Under the pieces are notes generated by a model. That model searched no databases and was not told where the DNA came from. It was given only the letters and a program-made list of their open reading frames with translations. A program made the position numbers and the translations under genes. From assembly GCF_023055435.1 (NCBI RefSeq), contig NW_025963890.1, forward strand, positions 15,810,001 to 15,874,000: DNA of 64,000 nt, in the 5' to 3' direction. Source of the stretch: Haliotis rufescens (lineage: Eukaryota). Shown here piece by piece: positions 48,776-59,776 of the stretch. Positions within the stretch are counted from its first letter, which is position 1. Each line of letters starts with the position of its first letter.

Positions 48776-50546
48776 CTAATCATCCTTCTTCTTAAACACA
48801 CTCTTGACTCTTCTGAAGAAGTTGGCCACCCTGGATAGCAAGGCCTTCAGGAAGGAGTGGGTTGGCTGGATGATCTCCTCATCCACGAGATCTACTTCAA
48901 CAAAGTCAGTGTCGTCCACGATGTACTGACCAGCGATAGTGAGGGACACAGAAGGGACAGTGCTGGGGCGAAGGGTCTGTGGGACGGGCAGGTAGGACAA
49001 GTGGGCAGGGATGGTCAGGGACTTTGAAGTAGGTTGCTATAGATAGGGAGGTAGTGGAAAGAATGGGGTGTGAGGAAAGAATATTACTAGAAAAAGTTAT
49101 TCAATCTTTGAATTTTATTGTAGCAAATAAAACATCGTGGTGGTAAAGACAGAAAAGGTGTGAAAAAAGAAACAAGGTAAATAAAGATGATATATATTAT
49201 ATAGTAAATACTGAAAGGTAGATGATGCCAAGGGAAGGTAGATTGTTTGTTTGTTTGCTTGCTGTTTGATGCCTCACTCAGCAATATTCCAGCTATATAA
49301 TGGCGGTCTGTAAATAATCGAGTCGACCAGACAATTCAGTGATTGACATCATGAGCATTGATCGTAAAGATGATGACATGAAGGATATTCTTGGAAATAC
49401 AAATGTGACAAACTTTACAGAATTACCGAAGTCTCTGAACCAAAGTACTCTAAACATTCATAATAGGACTTTATAAATTGCATACTGTTGGTTTCTAAGG
49501 TAGGAAAACAGTATAAACATTCAGTTACAGCTTTATGAAAACAGGGACCAGTACACAGAGGTGTTCAACATATCGGTCGAAACTCATGGAAGTGCTAAAC
49601 AGGCGTTGTTAAAGACAACCCTTTATGACACCTACATGGCAAGGGGCAGGATAAGTCAGTTGGGACAGAGGCTGGAGGAACCAGATCATCCGATCAACTG
49701 TGAGGAAACAGAAGAATAAACATACAGGGTATTAAAAGCCCAGAATGTATGTTGCTGGACCCTAACCTTTGGCTGGTGACTAGTAAATAATATATCATTT
49801 TGCAGTTTATAAATCATTTGTGCTGACAGATAGGTGGTATATCGCTAAGCTTTTAGGGGTTCCCCTTTTCCAAAATGTTCCAGTTTTATGTTGGATAAAG
49901 GGTAATGGTAATAACCAAGGGCAGCTGGCCTAGACACTGCAAAGTATATCTCCCTGTTACTTTATAACTTGAAAACTTCAGACAAAATATGGGATAATAA
50001 GTTACAGTTTACCTTTAACTGCTAAACTAATTCTATTTGATAAAATACAAGGGATTCAGCCTAACCATACAATATTGATTTGAGCTCAGACTGCTGTGTC
50101 AGTTAAGAGTTTATAAGAAATCATGGGCAGATCCAGGTTTATAAAAATGGGATGGGGGGCAGGGGTGTGTTCCGCTCAAGTACGGGCACTTCTCACCCAA
50201 AACACTTCCCCAAGACTCACAAACACTTCATGTAAACCACTGATAATAAATTAACGGAATTCATTTTACAACCAAATCAACATGTTACCATGGTAGGAAA
50301 GGCGCATAAAGAATGTCAATGAGATATAAAAAACCCCAGAGAACCCACATTTTCAAATAATGTTTACAAGTTCAAAGTACACATAGGCCCTGCATTGAAC
50401 ATCTAAGCCCCTAAAGCATGCAGTGTTTGAAGATCAGTACAGCCATGATACACTATGCCTCATCACACTAAAATACAAACATGTAGGTACGGAATCTACT
50501 GAAGCGTAATTAGAATTGTACCTTGAACATACGTGCTCGCATTCAT
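48776..50546 (-). CDS. Uncharacterised 115-aa protein, copy B
   Basis: Exons 50546-50522, 49697-49636 and 49036-48776; splice sites and frame intact; E>Q and H>Y relative to copy A. Confidence 0.8.
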
Positions 50547-51515
50547 GGTGACAGGTTCAGGAATTGCAATAAAGGATAGGAAAATAACGCTTTCAGAACA
50601 GCAAAGTGCAGATGTAGCATCAAAATGGCGTCGATGTAACATCAAAGTGAGAACCGTCGTCAAGGAAGACATGAAGTCTCGTAAAATCACGCGATATTAC
50701 AAAATAAAGTTAAACTGGCTCCCGACTTTATTTGCGCTTGCACTGGGGTGTAAGAGACGGAGCTCGGCTGTATTTACAGGAGAGAAGTTAAGTCGCGCCA
50801 TCATATAAATGGAGCAAAATTAATTATGAGCTGAATTAATTCCTTCAGTCACGATTCTGGGTGTTACTAGTTACTATTCAACCAGCAGCTTATAAGGGTC
50901 CGTCAAATTTAAGGTACGACAGTGACTATAATCATACTATGACTATTTTCACAACCAGCAATATGAAGGGTGCTAGGGATTTATTCTGACCGGGACCTCA
51001 CGGGGACTGGTATATCGAGATGACAGGTACCATCAGCCGACCCTGCATGGTTGGTACACTAGTTTCAGGTCATGAGTGAGTGAGTATGGTTTTACGCCAC
51101 TTTTAGCAATATTCCAGCAATATCACGGCGGGGGACAACAGAAATGGGCTTCACACATTGTGCCAATGTTGGGTATCGACCCCGGGTCTTCAACGTGACG
51201 AGCCAACGCTTTAACCACTAGGCTACCCGACCGCCCCCTCAGGTAACGATCAGGTCATGACCAGGGGCATGTTCAACAATACTTGTCTAATGGAGTACAC
51301 TGACTTGCTTGAACAGGATTGACATGACCTTACCCGAACAAAGCACTTAAAACATTAAGTAGAAGACAGCTTTCATATTAGCTTATTCCATTAAAGAAAA
51401 GATATTACATGGGAACAAATATCATGATATGAATATTTCAGTTTAAGAAATATAAATTAATGTTGAAGCTTCGTTAAAAATTCAAAACTGAAATCAATGA
51501 TCGATAAGTAATTAG

Positions 51516-52653
51516 AACAAGAGGCCCATATGGCCTGTATCGCTCTCCTGGATATTGACGCAATCATGACAAAATATACATTTGCATTGTACATGTATAT
51601 AATACTCCAAATACTTCGTAATTTGGATTCTGTCAGCATTCAATATGGGTGGATGGCAAACCTGACAGCATGAACGTGTATTTATCTAGATACAAATGTG
51701 GCATAAAGATCTGAACCGTTTCCATGTTATGATACAGGATAAATCATATTAAAAGTATTATTCTCTTCATAACAAACAAATGTATACAATGTATCTGTTT
51801 ATTATAGAGTGGGGATAATATCGGTTTGCAAGTTATGGTCAAGATTCTAACTCCTTTGGGTGTGCCGGACTGATGAACAGAAGGGCCAGTCCTTGTAGCA
51901 TATGTGCATTCCTCTCATTATACTCTCAATTGTACATATGGTTATACGGTGGGGATCTTAACTGTGTCCAAGTTATAAACTCTTTTTAGCCCCGGCCCTT
52001 AGTCCCCGGGGGTAGGGGTAGGGTTCAGCCCTCCATTTCTCCAATTTGAATCCCCACCACTGGAGAATGATTCCATCCAAATATGGTTGATAACTATCTC
52101 TTAGTACCAGAGAGGAAGTGGTCTGAAGCAATATAGCCAAATTACCCCTATTTCGCCCCGCCCCTCAGCCTCTTGGGGGGTGATCAGCCCTTCCTTTTGT
52201 ACAATTTTGAATTCTCACCACCCGAGAATGCTTCCAACAATATATGGTTGATATCTATCTCTCAGTTCAAGAGAAGAAGTCGTTGAAAACAATAACGCCA
52301 AATTACTCCTATTTGGCCACGCCCATAAGCCCCTTGGGGTGTGATCAGCCCCTCCATTTGTACAATTTTGAATTCTCACCACCGAAGAATGCTTCCAACC
52401 AAATATGGTCGATATCTAACTCTTAGTTCCAGAGAAGAAGTCGTTTAAAGCAATATAGACAATTTACCCCTATTTAGCCCCGCCCCCTCAGCCCAACCAT
52501 TTGTACAATTTTGAATACCCACCACCTAGGGATGCTTCCAGTCTAATTTTGTTAATTTCCAACAAGTGGTTTAGAAGAAGTCGTTTGAATAAATTGTTGA
52601 CGGATGATATGATAGACGGACGACGGACGCCACGGTATGGTATAAGCTCACCT
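51516..52653 (+). mobile_element. HINE-like element, duplicate copy
   Basis: Duplicate of 44784-45920 with indels in the internal repeats. Confidence 0.6.
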
Positions 52654-53983
52654 TGGTCGGGTTGTCGACTGGTCGGCTCGGAGTAAGTAAAACCGTGTCT
52701 GAATGGGGTGTCAATGTTATACTGCGGCATGTTATCTCAGTGGACTAGCACTGTAAAACCGGCTCGTTCAAGCAGCCACGCACGCACACACACACATGCA
52801 CTAACGTATGCGCGACGTTAAACCTCACCTCACCTCACCAAGGTGATATCCATGTTGAAATGTATGGATGAAATATGATAGGCGTTGCATCATAACAGTT
52901 TAGCCGAGTTCTTGCATCTATTCCAATCAATGTCATGATGTTATGACAAAATGTTGCCAAGCCTCCAAATATTATTGTCCACACTGAAACATGAACCCAG
53001 CCAGACCAGAGATGGATACTCTCCTTCTCAACAGGGGGCGGTGGGTAGCCTATTGGTTAAAGGGTTAGCTCACGCCGAAGACCAAGGTTCAATTGCCTAC
53101 ATGAGTACATGTGTGAAGCGCATTTTTGGTGTCCCCCGCACTGATATTCGTGGAATATTGCTGAAAACGGCGTAACATCATACTCACTCATTCGTTTTAA
53201 ATTCATTTTAAATGTTTGATTTGTATCCTAGGCCTACCAGGAATAGCCTTGTTGTCAAAGATGAAACATATTGCAACTGTACCAAAATGTAGACAATTTA
53301 CTCAACAAGAAATGTTACAACCAGAGGATTTATTCATCTTCGTCACTCTGTTCATGGTACAGTGCGTGCGTGCGTGCGTGTAACATTTGTTTGGAGCCTT
53401 GGAAATACAATGCTGTGGGGCCATGACATTAATCCAGTGTCGGAAAGAACTCGACAAAATGATTTGTGGTACAACGTCTGCCACACTCCATGCATTAATT
53501 TCCCATGGTGGTCAGAAGGTATGTATTGTTCGTGGTACAACTTTCTACTCCATGATTTGATTATTACCAAACATTTTGCAAGTAATATATTTCCTAAATA
53601 TTGTTACAAATGCGTCAAGAATCCTAAAGGAGGACTCACTCACATATTCATGAGTTTCACATATTTATTATCCTAAAAACACTTGTGTGAAGATTAAGTA
53701 ATGTACATGTAAACTGCTCAGTATGTGAGTGGATGTGACGTTTGGAATGTTAATTTCTCTCCAGAATTAAACACCTGTTCAGATGGTGCACCTGCGTGCA
53801 GTCCCAGATGTAGCAGCTGTTTATGGACTACATGTGTGATCACCATACGTTAGTCTAGAGTGAGTGAGTGAGTATTCCAGTTATATCACGGCGTGGGAGG
53901 AAAGCCGAAGTTTCTGGCGTGCCCAAGGGACGCAACTCTGCACATCGAATCGCGGCGCCTTAGTACACGACTGAGCCACCCGT

Positions 53984-54086
53984 ATATTGTAACAAATGCC
54001 TCAACAGTCCTAGAATGATTCATAAATGTTGTGTATGTAAGTATATACATATGTGTTCATAGTTCACTGCCTTATCATCCTTCTTC
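53984..54086 (-). pseudogene. Remnant (last codons plus part of 3' UTR) of a fourth copy of the 115-aa gene
   Basis: Matches 41957-42059 and is fused directly to downstream-flank sequence. Confidence 0.6.
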
Positions 54087-54587
54087 AAGAATCCTTAGCG
54101 GGTTTACATGGGACCAGTCTTAGGCGCCTCAGGTCACTGTGCAGAGTTGCGTCCCTTAGGCATGCCAGCAACCAAAGACCGTGTGTTTCAATGCTGGATT
54201 CGCCCTACTTATATTTCTAGGTTTGTCAGTGTGGACAAAACACCAATTCCATTCCAGAATAAGGTGGGTTGACCCTAATCGAACACTTGTTTATATGGTG
54301 CACCAGCGTGTCTTCCCAGATGTGGCAGCTGCTTATGAACTACATGTTTGATCACCATGCCTTAGTCCAGAACATCGCCATAAACTAGCAGACCAAATGA
54401 GCAAATAAAAACACAACCAAAATTTGTAACAAATAACGTGTTTTATTACCAAAAAGAAAACAATAAAACAAATAAAGGTAAAATTTATGTATTTCCCAAA
54501 TATTGTAACAAATGCCTCAAGAGTCCCAAAAATGGTTCATAAATGTTTTGTATATAAGTATATATTTTTGTGTTCAGAGTTCACTGC

Positions 54588-57031
54588 CTAATCATCCTTC
54601 TTCTTAAACACACTCTTGACTCTTCTGAAGAAGTTGGCCACCCTGGATAGCAAGGCCTTCAGGAAGGAGTGGGTTGGCTGGATGATTTCCTCATCCACGA
54701 GATCAACTTCAACAAAGTCAGTGTCGTCCACGATGTACTGACCAGCGATAGTGAGGGACACAGAGGGGACAGTGCTGGGGCGAAGGGTCTGTGGGACGGG
54801 CAGGTGAGACAAGTGGGCAGGGATGGTCAGGAACTTCGAAGTTGGGTGCTATTAGAGAGGGAGGTAGTGGAAAGAATGGGACGTGAGGAAAGAATATTAT
54901 GTTGAAGAAAAAGTTATTCAATTATTGAATTATATTGTAGCAAATATGAAATTTTGTCGGTAGAGCCAGAAAAGTGATGAAGGTATGAGTGAAAAAGTCT
55001 ATAGGTGGTTATAATTAAGAATTAAATCTGTACATGAAGTAAACAAAAATGATATTATTTTATATAGTAGATAATGAATGACGGTAAAAGGCTGATGTGA
55101 GGTACAGACAAAGGTAAAGCAGATATGACGTGAATGACCGAATGGTCTATTGCAGTATTGGAAATATGTATATTGAGAGCTGAGATTCTTTCTGTGAGAA
55201 ACCATAGACAGTGTGATCCAGGCAGAAGATTTGTATTGTTACAAGTACACATTCAATAATGAGAGGTGGAGATTACATAATCAAAAATAGACATCATGAA
55301 GGGATTTTCTAGGAAATACCAAGAATGATACCATAATGAAGTATATACCAGGCCAAGTATAATGGTAAGCAGTTAATAGTCATACATCCAGTTGGTAGAA
55401 TTTGCCTTAAACTGCTTGTTTAGGACCAGAATATATAATAATGTTTGTTGGTTTTCTTTTAGTTTGGGAAGTATGTCATATTTAGTGTAATGTTTAGGAT
55501 GTTAAATTTCAACCAGTATATTAATGTTTTCCACATGTAAGTGATACTGAAAACACAATATCATATTATATGCAGAGCTAAACACTAAGAATATACATAA
55601 TAACAGGCCCCTATACCACCTACTGGAGAAGGGGCAGGAAAAGGCAGGGGGGACAGAGGCAGGGGGAACCAGATCATCCGATCAACTGTGAGGGAATGGA
55701 AGGGTAAGACATTGAGTACAAGCCACTTCAGAGGGTAAATCGAAAAGTTTGTTGCCTCACATAGAAAATCGTTCAGAATCAAAATTATTTTTCCAATGTA
55801 TATTTCCTTTGATACACTTGGCCCAGCAATGCTTTCTCAAAGCCAGATACAATTATTTGTTTGTAGCTTGATGTGTCATAATCCAAGAGATGTTCTCCTT
55901 CATACACCTTCTGTGATACCTCCCATGTGACCAGAACATTTCGATTTACCCTCATACATATACTAACCTATGAGAACATAATGTCTATCATTGTAAAATG
56001 TTTAATTTCATTTCAAACTCAGGGATGCTTATTTAGGAGACTGGACTCATCTTTAACCCTCTGGATGTCATTTGGACATATATGTCCCTACACAAAACAC
56101 AGTTGCTGTGCCAGAGGGACATATATGTCCTTCTGAAACAACATGTTAAAAGAATTGAATAAATACAGCGATAGTACACAGGCTATTTTTAGGTGGCAGC
56201 CAGAGGGTTAAGACACATTGCAGTCCAGCTGGTCATGTGACTATGTTACCATTTCGACACAAACAGACACAGGTGAGTTCATGTAAAACGTTGGGTAGAA
56301 TGTGAGGCCGAATGCATTTTAAAAAAGTCTATCCTATGCTGTATGATTATGGACTGAGGGCACCAGTTGTTGGTAATTTCGCAATTGACCAATGGCAGAG
56401 ACGGTTGTAGGTCTAAAAGGATCTTCATCAAGTGAAGGGACAAACGACATGTGTGTCTCCCTACACGTCATTGGCAGGATTGCGGTATATACCGATACCG
56501 TATGCCATTTTTGGAACAGATTTGCACGAGCTCCTTTCTTTGCCGCTCTAACGGTTTCCAAGTTTTTCAGACGTGTTTTGGGGTCAGTTTATGGTTAACA
56601 TCAGAGAAATCGGTAGTTTCTAGTGTGGGTTGATGTATAGGCCTGCCTCCTTTATATGTAATATGTAAATATATTTATATAGACATTTAGCCTTGATACA
56701 ACAGGCTGCTAATCTCTCAAACTCACGCTCGAAATTATGGGGCTATTCCCACGTATTTTTTTCAACAAAAAATCGAAACCCTGGGGAAGAAATCACTGGG
56801 GTAGGCTCGGCCTATAGCTCTACGGTCGATGTTGGGGTCATTGTCGGCACAGGTACTGGACAACTGTACCCCAGGTATATTTACGTATACAGAAACGTAT
56901 CCAAGCTTGGCAATATTATATTAGATACTGTCACTTCACATTGTCTAATAGTAATAGGCTAATGTTACAGGATCATAAAGACATGGAAACAAAGTCAGAA
57001 TTGTACCTTGAACATACGTGCTCGCATTCAT
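54588..57031 (-). CDS. Uncharacterised 115-aa protein, copy C (diverged introns)
   Basis: Exons 57031-57007, 55685-55624 and 54848-54588 have the same lengths (25/62/261 nt) and splice sites as A and B, although the introns barely align. Confidence 0.82.
56057..56207. mobile_element. piggyBac-type MITE in intron 1 of copy C
   Basis: TTAA target duplication; TIRs CCCTCTGGATGTCA / TGGCAGCCAGAGGG; internal GGACATATATGTCC palindrome twice. Confidence 0.75.
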
Positions 57032-57425
57032 GGTGACGGGTTCAAGAAATGCAAGACAGGATAGCAAGATAACGCTTTCAGAAAAGCAAAGTGCAGATGT
57101 AACAACAACAATGGCGTCGATGTGACATCAAAGTGACAACGGTCGTCAAGGACGACATTCAAAGTAACAGTCACGCGAGATTTAAAAAGAGTGTTGACTG
57201 GTTCCTGGCTTCTTTCGCGCTTTCAATATTTTAGATCTGTAAAGACTGAGCTCAGTTTGTATATAAAAATTATGTTGCGAAAAAACGTCAAGTTCACTGT
57301 GGAAATTTATTTTAAAAATAATTTGTAGGGGGACACCAAAAACTATCTTGTTGGAATTTGTTAAGAGTTAAAAACAATATGATTTATTTTGAGGAGCACA
57401 TACAGAGTCTTCATACTTTACTCGG

Positions 57426-57588
57426 GTGAGTGAGTATGGTTTTACGCCGCTTTTAGCAATATTTCAGCAATATCCCTGCGGGGGACACCGAAAAATGGGC
57501 TTCACACATTGTATGCATGTGGGGAATCGAACCCGGGCCTTCGACGTGACGAGCCAACGCTTTAACCACTAAGCTACCCCACCGCCCC
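57426..57588 (-). mobile_element. tRNA-derived SINE family C, near full length
   Basis: GGGGCGGTGGGGTAGCTTAGTGG head, B box GGTTCGATTCC, ACTCACTCAC tail. Confidence 0.85.
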
Positions 57589-58154
57589 ATATACTTTACT
57601 CGAAAAAATATAAATCGTTATTAACAAAGTGCATGAAATGGTCTATCTTATTATATTGATTACCGTTGTTTAATGAGTTCAAAGTCATTGAGCCCCCTAT
57701 TATAATCGGGTGACCGCAATAATACTAATAGAGGCCATTTACAGATATGGCATTATGTAATATGTCTCCAGCCACTAGGGCTGGGACGGGTAACTCGGGT
57801 ACTCGAGTCGGGTGGTTCCTGAGTAGGACCCGGGTACCCACAGTACTACCCGGACCCGTGGTTTGTCACGTGACATATTGTTTAATGACAAAAACTCACC
57901 AGAACTCAGTGATTACACTACAAGTCACTGTTGTTCCCATTTCTTTATGATGATGCACACATTCCTTTTGACTTATATGTGTTTGAGTAAAGATAAAGCT
58001 TCAGTCAACTACAGTGTACGCATGATTTGATCGTTTCGTAAGAGACCATATATCTATTATATGGTCTCTGGTTTCATACATGTATCTAACAGTTTTTGCC
58101 AGGGCTACAGTTAAACTATTCATGAGACCTACAGTCCCAGCCCTACCAGCCAGG

Positions 58155-58255
58155 TTGAATACATCTTCCCGAGGCAAGAGAGTTAACTGACTATAAAAGT
58201 CCAAACTGGACTTTTAAAGTCAGTTAACTCTCTTGCCTCGGGAAGATGTATTCAA
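58155..58255. repeat. Near-perfect palindrome, 49-bp arms with a 3-nt loop
   Basis: 58155-58203 is the reverse complement of 58207-58255 with one mismatch. Confidence 0.92.
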
Positions 58256-59776
58256 GCTATATGACGGCAGTCTGTAAAAACCTGTAAAAAGTCTGGACCA
58301 GACAATCCAGTGATCGACATCATGAACATGGATCTACGCAATTGGGATACATATAAAAAAAACCCAGGGGGAGCAATTTGGTAGTTAATAATTTGGTAAT
58401 TTACATATGTTAAAATAAGTACTACGAAGTTTGTAAAAGTTTTTTTGTATGGCAATTCAAGTGTAAAGGGTTCACTACCATGTAGAGCTGGCTACTTAAT
58501 ATATACTTTTTAATGCTGCAACGTGATTTAACTCGCGCAGTTATGTAGATACTATACTAAAAAACCTCATCCAGCTTTACTTGGTAGAACCCTTCGCCAA
58601 TGGACCCTTTGGTTGCGTGGTTAGAGTTACGTCCCTTGGATTTTTAACAGCAGGAAAGTCGGTCGTCGGCTATTTCGCCAAGCCTTGATAATAGACTGCA
58701 TGCTTGCTCCGTCTGTTGGCAAGTTGAACGACACAAACGTTTCGAGGTAAGAAGTCTTTTCCCGGGAACTATAAAATATGTATTCTCGACACTGTAAGAC
58801 GAACTTGTGTAATGAAATGGTATGGCTAGTGCTGCACTCATACTTTTGTAACGGTCTAGTCTTACAGTAGATCTAACGGCGTTATAATAGACTTACGTCT
58901 ACTAATTTAAGGGATTTCCTTAGTGTTCATTCAAAGCCGTGAGAAGATCCAGTGCGCGAGGCAGGCTTTTGTCTTGACTGTTGGACCCCATCACCTCATG
59001 AAGGTGAAATATTGGTTACTCAGACGAAGACATGCAGGTGTTGTTTTAGGTGATTCACTGATTGAAGCACAGGACCATGTGACTAGGCCTAATATTCAAT
59101 ACTAACATAGCTCTAGAATATATGTACATGGTCCTGTAATTGAAGTGAGTAAGTGAGTATGGTTTTATGCCGCTATTAGCAATATTCCAGCAATATCACA
59201 GCGAGGGACACCACAAACAGACAAATGGGCTTCACACATTGTACCCATGTCGGGAATCGAACCCGGGTCGAATGCTTTAACAGGTTACCCTTTGATCACA
59301 AGGCTACCCGGGCCCTTAATTGGAGTTAGGTTATTGTCTATAGATATTGTAATAAGTGATACCTTTTTAACATTGACATAGGAATTAACATAGGAATTTA
59401 AGTTGTAAAAGTTTTTTTATGGTAATTCAAGTGTAAACTGAGCTCAACTTACCAGCGTACGTTTTACATAGATTGTCATCCTTGCTCAGGAAACACCATA
59501 TCTGTGCTTATCGGTTTTACCAAAGTGGTAATTGTTTCATTAGGGAGGTGGCAGCAGAACGTGTTACACTAATGCCCAATCCCATTGTCTTTTTAGACAA
59601 AAAAATATGTTTAAATTAAACTATCCTCCCACATTAAGGCTGACAAACTGGGACACGATAGAAATACTTCTTAAAACAATGTTAGACTAACTCACTTTCC
59701 ATACTTATGGGATAATTTATTTTCAGTTTACAAGAATGGAAGAAAGAGGTTGAGGGGAGAAGTCTCGGATGTCATC

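Larger units (their letters stand above)
40755..53982. repeat. Tandem duplication of a ~6.7-kb block (40755-47453 and 47454-53982); a third, more diverged copy follows at ~54085-57270
   Basis: Colinear near-identity at an offset of ~6.7 kb (42044/48776, 43763/50496). The third copy keeps the 3' flank, exons and 5' region. Confidence 0.93.
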
